In this document: in pieces, positions 37,464 through 45,281 of the stretch
Layout of the letters: every line of letters begins with the position of its first letter
Numbering within the stretch: the stretch's first letter is position 1
Virus record (IMG/VR): IMGVR_UViG_3300009609_000007
Reading direction: 5' to 3' (one strand)
Length of the DNA stretch: 49,990 nucleotides
Source: a virus
Notes under the pieces: model-generated
What the model saw: the letters and a program-made list of their open reading frames with translations, nothing else
Told to the model about the DNA's origin: nothing
Databases searched by the model: none
Position numbers and translations under genes: made by a program

Positions 37464-37614
37464 GCATAACGCATCGGAGATTAAAGAAGTAAGAAAATGA
37501 AAGGGTTAAAAGCGACACTGTTTATGATAGCAGAAAAGTTAATTAGAAGTAGAAATGTTCGGACTTGCACAAAGCCCTTTCATTTTATTATTTCTTTTAA
37601 TCTTCCTGTTATAT
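37464..37614. repeat. Long imperfect palindromic element b (GCATAAC ... GTTATAT)
   Basis: Left arm gcataacgcatcggagattaaagaagtaagaaaatgaaaggg pairs with 37575-37614 (about 35/42). The left arm is homologous to those of a, c and e. Confidence 0.8.
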
Positions 37615-37665
37615 TCCAGTTCGTTTTTTCAATTTAAAAATAATTCACAAACAAATATAAATAAA

Positions 37666-37941
37666 ATGGAAAATTCAAAACAACCAATCTATCCCTGCAT
37701 AATGCAACAAGTAGGAGATAATGATTACAGATTGCATAGAGATAGTGATGCAAGAGAACACCGAATACCTATGATGGGATTGACAAAGAGAGAACATTTT
37801 GCATCAATAGCAATGCAGGGTTTGTTAGCTGGACACGCAATAGATGAAAAGTTTTCATCAGGAGTAGATACGGTTGCAAAATTTGCAATAGAATATGCAG
37901 ATGAATTACTGAAACAACTTGCAGAGGGCAAAACCTCTTAA
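37666..37941 (+). CDS. Hypothetical cassette ORF
   Basis: ATG at 37666. The track extension from 37555 runs through the right arm of palindrome b. Confidence 0.35.
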   Translation: MENSKQPIYPCIMQQVGDNDYRLHRDSDAREHRIPMMGLTKREHFASIAMQGLLAGHAIDEKFSSGVDTVAKFAIEYADELLKQLAEGKTS

Positions 37942-37966
37942 TTTTTAAATTGAAAAAACGAATTGA

Positions 37967-38069
37967 AGATAACGAAATGGGATTAAAGAAGTTGAAAGGG
38001 CTTGCACAAATGTTTGTGTTTAGTAGGATGCTCGTAGCCCTTTCAATTTCTTTTAATCTGGTGTTATCT
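37967..38069. repeat. Imperfect palindromic element c (AGATAAC ... GTTATCT)
   Basis: agataacgaaatgggattaaagaagttgaaagggc pairs with gccctttcaatttcttttaatctggtgttatct. 35-nt centre. Confidence 0.8.
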
Positions 38070-38148
38070 GCTGTTTTTTCTTAAATTTTTGTGCGGTGGG
38101 GTTGTTTTTTCTCTTTCATTATTAAGAACTTACAAAAATAGTTGAAAA

Positions 38149-38184
38149 TACATTTGCAGGATTGAAACTAATGTGTTACATTTG
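38149..38184 (+). promoter_or_regulatory. Tandem -7 boxes inside a direct repeat (TACATTTGCAG x2)
   Basis: tacatttgcag at 38149 and 38177, 28 nt apart, upstream of the ATG at 38223. Confidence 0.5.
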
Positions 38185-38222
38185 CAGTATAAAGTAATAC
38201 AAACAATTTTAAAATAAAAGTT

Positions 38223-38636
38223 ATGAGAAATTTCACAACAGAAGATTTTAGCGGAGCAGGACAATATCTTGTTCGCAATGACAAAGAACGAAACAAGTTC
38301 GTTGATACAGGATTTCTTTCAACTATAATGAAGAAGATTGGATATTGTCTTGGACAGGGTTGTGCTGACCGACCAAAAACAGGTAATGTAATGACACTTG
38401 TTGATATGTCTGACGGGATGACATCGCTTGGTTATTTTGACCAAAGGAAAGACCCTGAATACAAGAACAACCCAAGAACTTGTAACACTCATTTATGGGA
38501 GTGGGTTCAATTCAACGGAACGCAAGTGTTATGCGATTACCTGAACAACCCTGATTTGTGTTTGCAAGAATACAGGTTTGCAACCCAAGAAGAAGTTACG
38601 AGAGTTGTAATGTATCAAAGTAGCAGATGGAGATAA
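38223..38636 (+). CDS. Hypothetical protein, first gene of a two-gene unit with an RHH protein
   Basis: 137-aa ORF with its own promoter boxes. Confidence 0.35.
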   Translation: MRNFTTEDFSGAGQYLVRNDKERNKFVDTGFLSTIMKKIGYCLGQGCADRPKTGNVMTLVDMSDGMTSLGYFDQRKDPEYKNNPRTCNTHLWEWVQFNGTQVLCDYLNNPDLCLQEYRFATQEEVTRVVMYQSSRWR

Positions 38637-38638
38637 TT

Positions 38639-38809
38639 ATGGCAAACGAAACACTAACTTTCAGACCGAGTAAGGAGAATAAAAACCTCCTTACTCAACT
38701 TGCGGAACTTGCACAGCAGGACAACCGAACATTGAACAATTATATTGAAACTGTTTTACTTTCTCATTTAAAAGAGCGTGGGCAAAAAAGTTTTAAGAAA
38801 AAAAGATGA
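38639..38809 (+). CDS. Ribbon-helix-helix (Arc/CopG-like) DNA-binding protein
   Basis: MANETLTFRPSKENKNLLTQLAELAQQDNRTLNNYIETVLLSHL has a beta-strand then two-helix pattern. ATG 3 nt after the upstream stop. Confidence 0.5.
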   Translation: MANETLTFRPSKENKNLLTQLAELAQQDNRTLNNYIETVLLSHLKERGQKSFKKKR

Positions 38810-38892
38810 TTAAGCACAAATGTTCAATCGAAGCGCAGTCAATTTCTGCTAACGTATCAGGCACTTATGCAGTGCGATTATTAACGACAAAA

Positions 38893-38940
38893 CTTGCTAC
38901 GAAGCACGGTAAAAATGAATTAAAACTTTTAAGGGAGGGA
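38893..38940 (+). repeat. Upstream module A+B (cttgctacgaagcacgg ... aaaacttttaagggagg), copy 1
   Basis: Same two boxes with the same 12-13 nt spacing at 40416-40462. Box A also occurs at 36928, 37438, 39571 and 41006. Confidence 0.7.
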
Positions 38941-38957
38941 TTTTAAAAACAAATATT

Positions 38958-39500
38958 ATGGAAACAGATTACACAGTATCAAAGACAAATGTTGAATGTT
39001 ACAAACTTCGCCACAAAAGCGGAATGTATTGGGCTGACATAACTATTGACAGCAAAGAAAACACTGGACGTATTCAGGTTGCTTCTGATTTTGGAAGCTG
39101 GCAATACTATTGGGGTGCTTGTGGTTGCCCGTTCAAAGAATTTCTAATGCAGATAGGAATTGATTACGCTGCTTCCAAATTCGGAGAAAGCCAATGGTTT
39201 GACTTTGATGAAACAATTAAATCCTATAAGCAGGGAATTATCGAATTGAGAAGGTACGAACATTTTACCGCTGAACACGCAAGGGAAATATACGATGAGA
39301 TAAAAGAACTGGCAGAAGAAAGTTCATATCACCTGAACGATTTTCAAATGCAGATACAAGGCAAAGAAAATTTAATGAAGCACTTTAATTGGTGTCCAGA
39401 TGTAAGGCACGATATATCGCCACAGTTCAAAAAGTTTTGGAAAATGATTTGGGGTGTATTCTTGGAAGAATTGAAGCAGGAAATAAATGTAGCTGTATAA
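38958..39500 (+). CDS. Hypothetical cassette ORF
   Basis: 180-aa ORF preceded by module A+B and followed by module C. Confidence 0.35.
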   Translation: METDYTVSKTNVECYKLRHKSGMYWADITIDSKENTGRIQVASDFGSWQYYWGACGCPFKEFLMQIGIDYAASKFGESQWFDFDETIKSYKQGIIELRRYEHFTAEHAREIYDEIKELAEESSYHLNDFQMQIQGKENLMKHFNWCPDVRHDISPQFKKFWKMIWGVFLEELKQEINVAV

Positions 39501-39507
39501 ACCTTTT

Positions 39508-39587
39508 AAATTTTTGAAAAAAATTACAGAGCGTGGGCAAAAGTTTTAATTCATTTTTACTTCCAGTAAAGTTGCTACGAAGCACCG
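39508..39587 (+). repeat. Downstream module C+A (tttgaaaaaaattacagagcgtgggcaaaagtttt ... gttgctacgaagcac), copy 1
   Basis: About 36/40 identity to 40935-40976. A third partial copy (aaagagcgtgggcaaaaaagtttt, 38771-95) is coding, inside the RHH gene. Confidence 0.7.
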
Positions 39588-39612
39588 AGCTAAGCATTGC
39601 ATTAAGTGCCTT

Positions 39613-39672
39613 GTTATGTTTTCGGTTTGCTTTTCGCAAACTGGAACATAACGAATCGGAGATTTGAGAAGC
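39613..39672. repeat. Compact hairpin GTTATG...CATAAC followed by a solo left-arm homolog (element e)
   Basis: gttatgttttcggtttgc-ttttc-gcaaactggaacataac (39613-52). cataacgaatcggagatttgagaagca is homologous to the left arms of a, b and c. Confidence 0.65.
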
Positions 39673-39710
39673 ATTTTTTGCGGATTATTAACAACTAAAT
39701 ATAAATTGAA

Positions 39711-39956
39711 ATGACAAAAGAAGAAGAATGTTTAAAAGCACTACGCTGCTTATACATAGCAGTAGATTCATCCATAGCAGATGATGTAAAGAGAATTGTA
39801 TTAGAAGCACTAAAGGAAGCAAAAAATGTTTCTTCAAATCTTCCTGTTATGCGAAGTGCTTTTGATGCTGGTTACAACAATGGGTTCAAAGATGCAACAG
39901 GAAGTTCAAAGCCAGAAAGAAAGTTTGAAGAATGGCATCAAAAGCATTTTGCATAA
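39711..39956 (+). CDS. Hypothetical cassette ORF
   Basis: 81 aa. Its TAA stop lies inside a GCATAAC core (39951-57). Confidence 0.3.
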   Translation: MTKEEECLKALRCLYIAVDSSIADDVKRIVLEALKEAKNVSSNLPVMRSAFDAGYNNGFKDATGSSKPERKFEEWHQKHFA

Positions 39957-40025
39957 CGGTTACGCCTTTGCGTTTGTTGGCGATTTAACAGACGAAATTT
40001 AATTAGAAATACAAAACTAAAAAAT

Positions 40026-40295
40026 ATGGAAAATGATAATTTGAAAACGCAAACCGCCAATAACGACAAAGGCGATGTTAGTAGCAGTTTACCTAAACCA
40101 TGCGAACACAAATTCGCTTTTCGTGGGTTGCATGTAGAAGGAAAAGAAACTTACAGCACTTGTGTATCAATGAAAACGCTATATGAAATTTACTTTTGCG
40201 AAAAGTGTTTAGAAACGAAAAGGAAATTTATTGATAGTGGATACTACATGAAAGTGCCAGCGGGGGCAAGCACAAAAGGTTATGGGTTTAGGTAA
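40026..40295 (+). CDS. Small Cys-containing protein (zinc-ribbon-like)
   Basis: CEHKF...CVSM...CEKCLE. Confidence 0.3.
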   Translation: MENDNLKTQTANNDKGDVSSSLPKPCEHKFAFRGLHVEGKETYSTCVSMKTLYEIYFCEKCLETKRKFIDSGYYMKVPAGASTKGYGFR

Positions 40296-40300
40296 ATTGC

Positions 40301-40392
40301 TACTAACGGTTGCGGGTTAATGTCAGTAATTTTTTTACCAAAAATAAAAACAGAAAAAGAAAAAAATTATTGCATTTAACCCGATGTTATAG
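40301..40392. repeat. Imperfect palindromic element g (TACTAAC ... GTTATAG)
   Basis: tactaacggttgcgggttaatg pairs with catttaacccgatgttatag (perfect cgggttaa/ttaacccg). A-rich 56-nt centre. Confidence 0.7.
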
Positions 40393-40415
40393 GCAGTGGG
40401 GATTATCAGCAGAAA

Positions 40416-40462
40416 CTTAAATACGAAGCACAAAAAAAATAATAAAAACTTTTAAGGGAGGC
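40416..40462 (+). repeat. Upstream module A+B, copy 2
   Basis: cttaaatacgaagcac ... aaaacttttaagggaggc, 6 nt before the ATG at 40469. Confidence 0.7.
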
Positions 40463-40468
40463 TTTTTT

Positions 40469-40936
40469 ATGAATAACATTCTACCAGTAATTACACTTTA
40501 TCAACCTTGGGCAACTTGGATAATGAGAGGTTGGAAAACCATTGAAACAAGAACACATAACCGTTTCGCCTGCCTTGAAAACAAAAAGGTATTGATACAC
40601 GCAGGGCAAAGAACGGATGCAGAAGCAATAAAAAATCCATACTTGACTAAAGAACAACTAATGCACGAACCTGACGAAATGATTAACGGTTTCATATTAG
40701 GAAGTGCTTATGTAAATGATTTCAGATTGCTTAATTCAAATGCAGCACAAAGAGCATTGATTGAGTGCGAAACAAAAAGGTATGGTTTATTCCTTGAAAA
40801 AATTGACAGGTGGGAAATTCCGATACCCGAAAAAGGAGAAATGGGAATTTGGTATTACGATATGGATAGTATGATGAAAGTGAAAAAATCACAGATACAA
40901 ACGATTGAAAAGCAGAATGATTTATTTACCATTTAA
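40469..40936 (+). CDS. ASCH (PUA-like) domain protein
   Basis: ITLYQPWATWIMRGWKTIETR matches the ASCH N-terminal signature. Confidence 0.55.
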   Translation: MNNILPVITLYQPWATWIMRGWKTIETRTHNRFACLENKKVLIHAGQRTDAEAIKNPYLTKEQLMHEPDEMINGFILGSAYVNDFRLLNSNAAQRALIECETKRYGLFLEKIDRWEIPIPEKGEMGIWYYDMDSMMKVKKSQIQTIEKQNDLFTI

Positions 40937-41022
40937 AATTTTGAAAAAATTTACAGAGCGTGGGGAAAAGTTTTTATTATTTTTTTTCGTCCGATTACCG
41001 ATGAACTTAAATACGAAGCGAC
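40935..41022 (+). repeat. Downstream module C+A, copy 2
   Basis: aaaattttgaaaaaatttacagagcgtggggaaaagttttt ... cttaaatacgaagcgac. Confidence 0.7.
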
Positions 41023-41074
41023 ACACCCCCATTGCCTATAACGTGTATATTTAAAAAGCAATACTGAAAATCAA

Positions 41075-41917
41075 ATGGATACAGAAATAGAAAAAATACA
41101 TCAGGGCTACATTAATGAGTTGGTAAGGAGAAAATATGCGAGCTCTACTATTACAGCATATTCTTCGAACTTCAATAAATTCCTGTACCATTTCAAGGCG
41201 GATTTTGAAAACATAACCAAGCAGCAAATCTTAGATTGGTTATTGTACCTTGTTGAGAAAGACAAAATTTCGTCAGCATACCAAAACCATTTGATAAATT
41301 CCATCAAATTCTATTATGAACAAATTTTAGGCAGGGCAAAAGAAATTTATGACATCAAACGCCCGAGAAAAGAATTTAAGATTCCGGACTTGCTTACAGA
41401 CGAAGAGTTGCAAAGATTATTTAATGCTTGCACAAATATTAAACACAAGGTTGCTTTATCTCTGTTATACGGTTGCGGATTAAGGCGCTCGGAGGTCATA
41501 CATTTAAAATTAGATTGCATCACAGAAACATATTTAAGAATCGTACAATCAAAAGGCAAGAAAGACCGGTACGTACCATTGCCAGAAAATGTAGCGAACC
41601 TTATAAAACAATATCGCGAAAAATATAATCCAAAAGTATATTTATTTAACGGCCAAAACGGAATATTGCAGTACTCGGCAGAAAGCATGGCGCAATTCTT
41701 AAATAAGTATGCCACAGAAGCAGGAATCACAAAGAACGTTCACTCGCACCTGCTCAGACACAATTTTATCACAGAGCATTGCGAAGACGGAACCAACTCT
41801 ATGGAGCTCATGGAAATCGTTGGTCATAGTTCACCTAAAACATTAAAAAGATATTACCATTTTCGCAGACCAGAAAAACTTCATTTAAAATCTCCTATCA
41901 ATAAAATTAATTTGTAA
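41075..41917 (+). CDS. Tyrosine recombinase, XerC/XerD-like (SAM-like N-domain + catalytic domain)
   Basis: R (GCGLRRSE), K (SKGKKDRYVPL), HxxR (HLLRHNF), H (VGHSS), Y (LKRYYH). 280 aa. Only 58 aa between GKKDR and HLLRH, so no IntI-type insertion. Confidence 0.8.
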   Translation: MDTEIEKIHQGYINELVRRKYASSTITAYSSNFNKFLYHFKADFENITKQQILDWLLYLVEKDKISSAYQNHLINSIKFYYEQILGRAKEIYDIKRPRKEFKIPDLLTDEELQRLFNACTNIKHKVALSLLYGCGLRRSEVIHLKLDCITETYLRIVQSKGKKDRYVPLPENVANLIKQYREKYNPKVYLFNGQNGILQYSAESMAQFLNKYATEAGITKNVHSHLLRHNFITEHCEDGTNSMELMEIVGHSSPKTLKRYYHFRRPEKLHLKSPINKINL

Positions 41918-41942
41918 CTTTAAAAACTCAAAACAAAACACA

Positions 41943-43229
41943 ATGAACAAACAATTTACAATCACAAAACAAGAGGCAGACGAATTAATCGCAGCCCAAA
42001 ACAACAAACAATCCGTTCTTGAAATCTGGACTCGGATTTGCACTGCAAACGGCATTAATCTAAGCAAAGGGATAAAACACCTTGGCGGATATCAATATGA
42101 CGGCACAGCATTCGAAGCCGCTCCGCCTGTTCCGCCCATCCCGCCCGCACCCATGCAAGCGGACGACGTGGAATACTCTATTAATTTCCTGCCCGAAAAA
42201 TCAAACTTTGCGGTCACGGAACGAGACATTGAAACAGAAATGGCGGGTATAATGTCGCAGACTAACGACATCGCGCAGAAAGTCCTGTCCATGGTTACGA
42301 TAACAAACATGGACAATAATACAGCAGCGAGAGCCGTAGGCGCCAAAGCAAAAAAGTTCCTTAATCAACTCGAAGACATTCGTAAGCAAAAAAGCCAGCC
42401 ACACCTTGATGCTCAACGCAATTACATGGAGATATTTAAAAAAATAGCCAACCCTGTTCAGACAGCATTGCGCCAGCTGGGTGACGCTGTAAATGCTTTT
42501 GAATCGCAGGTACAAAAGCAGCAAGAGGAGGCAAAGCTAAAGGCAGCGCAGGAATTAAACTTGCAAAAGGCGGAACAAGAAAAGGTGCTGGAATTAAATA
42601 ACGCAATTAAAAACCAAATTGATGATATTATTATTGATTTTACAGACACAATTAACGGTTGCAAAACTAAGGCCAAGTTAAAAAAGGAAATCGAAAACAT
42701 TGAATCCTGGAAGCCCATAGAATCTGATTACGGCAGTTTGTTTGATTACCTTAAGAAACAAATTGAAGGTGTTTTATACGCTGCAAAAAGAAAACTGGAA
42801 AACCAAAAAGAAGAAATAAGTGCCGCGCCAGAAAGCAAGTTTACAGAAGAAACCTGGAAGCAGGATTGTATAGAATTTTACAAAATCTTAGGTATTAAAG
42901 AAGCCGACATAGAGGCAACCTTAGAAACCGCCTTGCAGCTTTATGGTTCTTATGAAATGGTGTTTGGCAAGCGGAATGAAATACGAGATAAATTTAACGA
43001 ATCCGTAATGCTTAAATCTTCCGCAGGCAAGGAAGTTAAAATAAAAAACCGGAGAAAGATAACCAGTTACCAGGTTATAAAAGAAGCAGACGTTCCGCAT
43101 GAATACATGGAGCCGTCTAAGATAAAGATTAAACTGGCAATGAAGCTGCATAAAGACAAAATAGACGCGGGCGAATTTAACATACCAGGAATTGAGTGGA
43201 GCGAAGAAACTAAAGTCACATTCAGATGA
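41943..43229 (+). CDS. Coiled-coil hypothetical protein
   Basis: 428 aa with a PPVPPIPPAP stretch and long charged helices. Confidence 0.3.
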   Translation: MNKQFTITKQEADELIAAQNNKQSVLEIWTRICTANGINLSKGIKHLGGYQYDGTAFEAAPPVPPIPPAPMQADDVEYSINFLPEKSNFAVTERDIETEMAGIMSQTNDIAQKVLSMVTITNMDNNTAARAVGAKAKKFLNQLEDIRKQKSQPHLDAQRNYMEIFKKIANPVQTALRQLGDAVNAFESQVQKQQEEAKLKAAQELNLQKAEQEKVLELNNAIKNQIDDIIIDFTDTINGCKTKAKLKKEIENIESWKPIESDYGSLFDYLKKQIEGVLYAAKRKLENQKEEISAAPESKFTEETWKQDCIEFYKILGIKEADIEATLETALQLYGSYEMVFGKRNEIRDKFNESVMLKSSAGKEVKIKNRRKITSYQVIKEADVPHEYMEPSKIKIKLAMKLHKDKIDAGEFNIPGIEWSEETKVTFR

Positions 43230-43317
43230 GAATACGAAAATTAATTCTTATCACGGCTGTAATGACGATGGTAAGACGAGTGTTAAATTTAATCTTAAAC
43301 CTAATCTTCAAAAAGCT

Positions 43318-43527
43318 ATGACACAAAAATCAATGCAAGGCATACGCGATTGCTTAAAAAGAAACAAATTTCTAATCACCAAAGAATGCGAAATACCAAA
43401 CGGCAATCAAATGCGATTATCTAACGGCAGCGTGGTAAACATTTACACCGGCACCGGAAAGATTAATGTGTTGGGGCAGAACAAGGATACAAATAAGCTC
43501 ATCGAAAACTGCTTAGGAATACAATGA
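43318..43527 (+). CDS. Small protein with an RNase HIII N-terminal (TBP-like) type motif
   Basis: QMRLSNGSVVNIYTGTGKINVLGQN resembles the ...Y.SGK..FQGK pattern. First in-frame ATG at 43318 (track start is TTG). Confidence 0.3.
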   Translation: MTQKSMQGIRDCLKRNKFLITKECEIPNGNQMRLSNGSVVNIYTGTGKINVLGQNKDTNKLIENCLGIQ

Positions 43528-44000
43528 TTAAGCGCGAAGGTATTTGTGTTGTATGTAAGGGCAAGGCAATCATCGCAAAGCGCCTGCCAAGCGGAGACCT
43601 TTGTTTTAAGCATAACCAAGACCGGTTATGGGCAAAGAGGCAGGGCAAGCCCAAAGCGCCTAACATACGCACTCTCCGCAAGCCTACGGGTGAATTAATC
43701 GTATTTAATCGTATTTACGAAGCATCTCAAGGTAAATGTTGCATTACGGGCGACTTTTTGGTGTTTGACATCAAGAATTTCGCCCACGTTTTAAGCAAAG
43801 CAGCTTATCCATCATTCAGGCTATTAGAAGAGAACATCTTACACTGCCGATTTGAATTCCACCATTTATACGATAACGCAGGCACCGAAGAGGTGTTAAA
43901 AAAGTACCCATACGCGACATGGGTGTATGAATTAAAAAACAAGTTAAAAATCAAATACTATGCCAAGACCAAAAACAATTCTCACGGAATCGATGACTAA
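43524..44000 (+). CDS. NinG/Rap-like endonuclease
   Basis: N-terminal CVVCKGK...LCFKH zinc-like cluster. C-terminal NFAHVLSKAAYPSFRLLEENILHCRFEFHHLYDN. Confidence 0.4.
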   Translation: MIKREGICVVCKGKAIIAKRLPSGDLCFKHNQDRLWAKRQGKPKAPNIRTLRKPTGELIVFNRIYEASQGKCCITGDFLVFDIKNFAHVLSKAAYPSFRLLEENILHCRFEFHHLYDNAGTEEVLKKYPYATWVYELKNKLKIKYYAKTKNNSHGIDD

Positions 44001-44250
44001 ATACGAACGCTCAGGCATCATTATCCGATGCTGGCGTCAAGAAGAAAAAACGGACAGCGAATCAATTCGCGAAAGCACCCAAGCAGTAAAAGCGATTTGT
44101 AATTATGCCTACGAGCAGAATGTTTCAGGCGTAGAAAACTTTTACCATGCCTGCGCTCTCCAGGTATTAGAAATGGAGCGAGTAAATGCCGTAGAAGTAT
44201 TAGACAAAGCAACTGGCATCGGTGTTGTATTGTACGCAGATTGGCCGTAA
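43993..44250 (+). CDS. Hypothetical protein (start 43960 or 43993)
   Basis: The ATG at 43993 gives only an 8-nt overlap with the upstream gene. Confidence 0.3.
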   Translation: MTKYERSGIIIRCWRQEEKTDSESIRESTQAVKAICNYAYEQNVSGVENFYHACALQVLEMERVNAVEVLDKATGIGVVLYADWP

Positions 44251-44252
44251 AA

Positions 44253-44483
44253 ATGAAAATATATCCAGGCACCTTTTTATCTTGTTCAAGATTAATACAT
44301 CAAAGAAAATTGAAAGAAAAAACATACACCCCCGCACCAATTCAAATCAGATGTCATTGTCCATGCCACGAATTTCCGGAGAGAATAAAGCACACGGAAC
44401 CATGTTGCACGAATGGAGTAATTTTATTACCTTGCACGGAAGTATTTAACGGAGAATGGTTTAATAAAGAAAACAATAAATGA
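44253..44483 (+). CDS. Cys/His-rich small protein
   Basis: CHCPCHEF...PCCTNG...PC. Confidence 0.3.
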   Translation: MKIYPGTFLSCSRLIHQRKLKEKTYTPAPIQIRCHCPCHEFPERIKHTEPCCTNGVILLPCTEVFNGEWFNKENNK

Positions 44484-44761
44484 ACACTAAAAAAAACGGT
44501 CTTAGATTCTGGCACGGTTTCGGTCACGGAAAATATTACAGCAAAGACAACAGAACCACGATTTATGTTGCTGCTTATGGATGGTCTGAAGCTGCAAGAT
44601 TAGTAAGCCGAGCCTGCTTTAAATCATTAACCGCTATCAAGGCTCACGAAATCAAAGCCAACTACATCGAAGCATGGGGCACGCCTATGGAAGGCATCAC
44701 ACCAACGGCACCTTGTTTATTTATTCAAGAAGATAATTTTACACCAAGGCAAATTATATAA
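44480..44761 (+). CDS. Hypothetical protein
   Basis: ATGA overlap. 93 aa. Confidence 0.3.
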   Translation: MNTKKNGLRFWHGFGHGKYYSKDNRTTIYVAAYGWSEAARLVSRACFKSLTAIKAHEIKANYIEAWGTPMEGITPTAPCLFIQEDNFTPRQII

Positions 44762-44919
44762 TGTCACAAGACAGAAAGAAATACCTTGCTGATTACTACC
44801 AAAAGCATAAAGAGGTGATGGATAAAAGAACAAAAAGGTTTTTTAAAAACAACATCGAAAAGAAGCAGGAATATAATTTAACACACCGCAAAAAACAGCG
44901 ATTAAAAAATAATATTTAA
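44761..44919 (+). CDS. Small basic protein (52 aa, below the track cutoff)
   Basis: My translation: MSQDRKKYLADYYQKHKEVMDKRTKRFFKNNIEKKQEYNLTHRKKQRLKNNI*. Confidence 0.35.
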   Translation: MSQDRKKYLADYYQKHKEVMDKRTKRFFKNNIEKKQEYNLTHRKKQRLKNNI

Positions 44920-44924
44920 TTTTG
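44917..44924 (+). promoter_or_regulatory. -7 promoter box TAATTTTG(C) ahead of the terminase genes
   Basis: Perfect TAnnTTTG, 30 nt before the ATG at 44955. Confidence 0.45.
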
Positions 44925-44954
44925 CGGAACCTAAAAATGTTTTTATTAGGTTAA

Positions 44955-45281
44955 ATGAAACAAAAACCAGGCCCACCTAAAGGAGTAAGATTTGGTGGAA
45001 GACAAAAAGGAACCGTCAATAAAGTCAACAAAGACTTGCAGGCAGGTATTAGGGAATTGCTGGAAGGGCTGCAACCAAAAGTGGCTGGATGGATAGAGCG
45101 GGTATCAAAAACAGACCCTGCAAAAGCATTTGAGTTGTATATGAAGTTTCACCAATACTGTATTCCAATGCTAAATAAATCAGATGTAGGAATTGGTAAT
45201 CAAATCGAAAATAAACCCTTCATTCTTGAGCTTACAATGCCAGCACACCAAAACGGAAACGGTAATGGACATGGCAAATGA
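44955..45281 (+). CDS. terS: Terminase small subunit
   Basis: KPGPPKGVRFGGRQKGTVNK basic N-terminus. ATGA overlap with the large subunit. Confidence 0.55.
   Translation: MKQKPGPPKGVRFGGRQKGTVNKVNKDLQAGIRELLEGLQPKVAGWIERVSKTDPAKAFELYMKFHQYCIPMLNKSDVGIGNQIENKPFILELTMPAHQNGNGNGHGK

Noticed and set aside
36762-41074. Possible CRISPR array, because of recurring repeats between short unique segments
   Set aside because: The repeats are imperfect palindromes of very different lengths (40-151 nt) at irregular spacing. The segments between them are 200-540-nt protein-coding ORFs with start codons. No cas genes are present.
41075-41917. Calling the recombinase a classical integron integrase (IntI), or concluding that the phage is temperate
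   Set aside because: The spacing between the GKKDR and HLLRH boxes (58 aa) leaves no room for the IntI-specific insertion. No adjacent attP or CI-like repressor is evident. The role (integration, dimer resolution or cassette shuffling) is left open.
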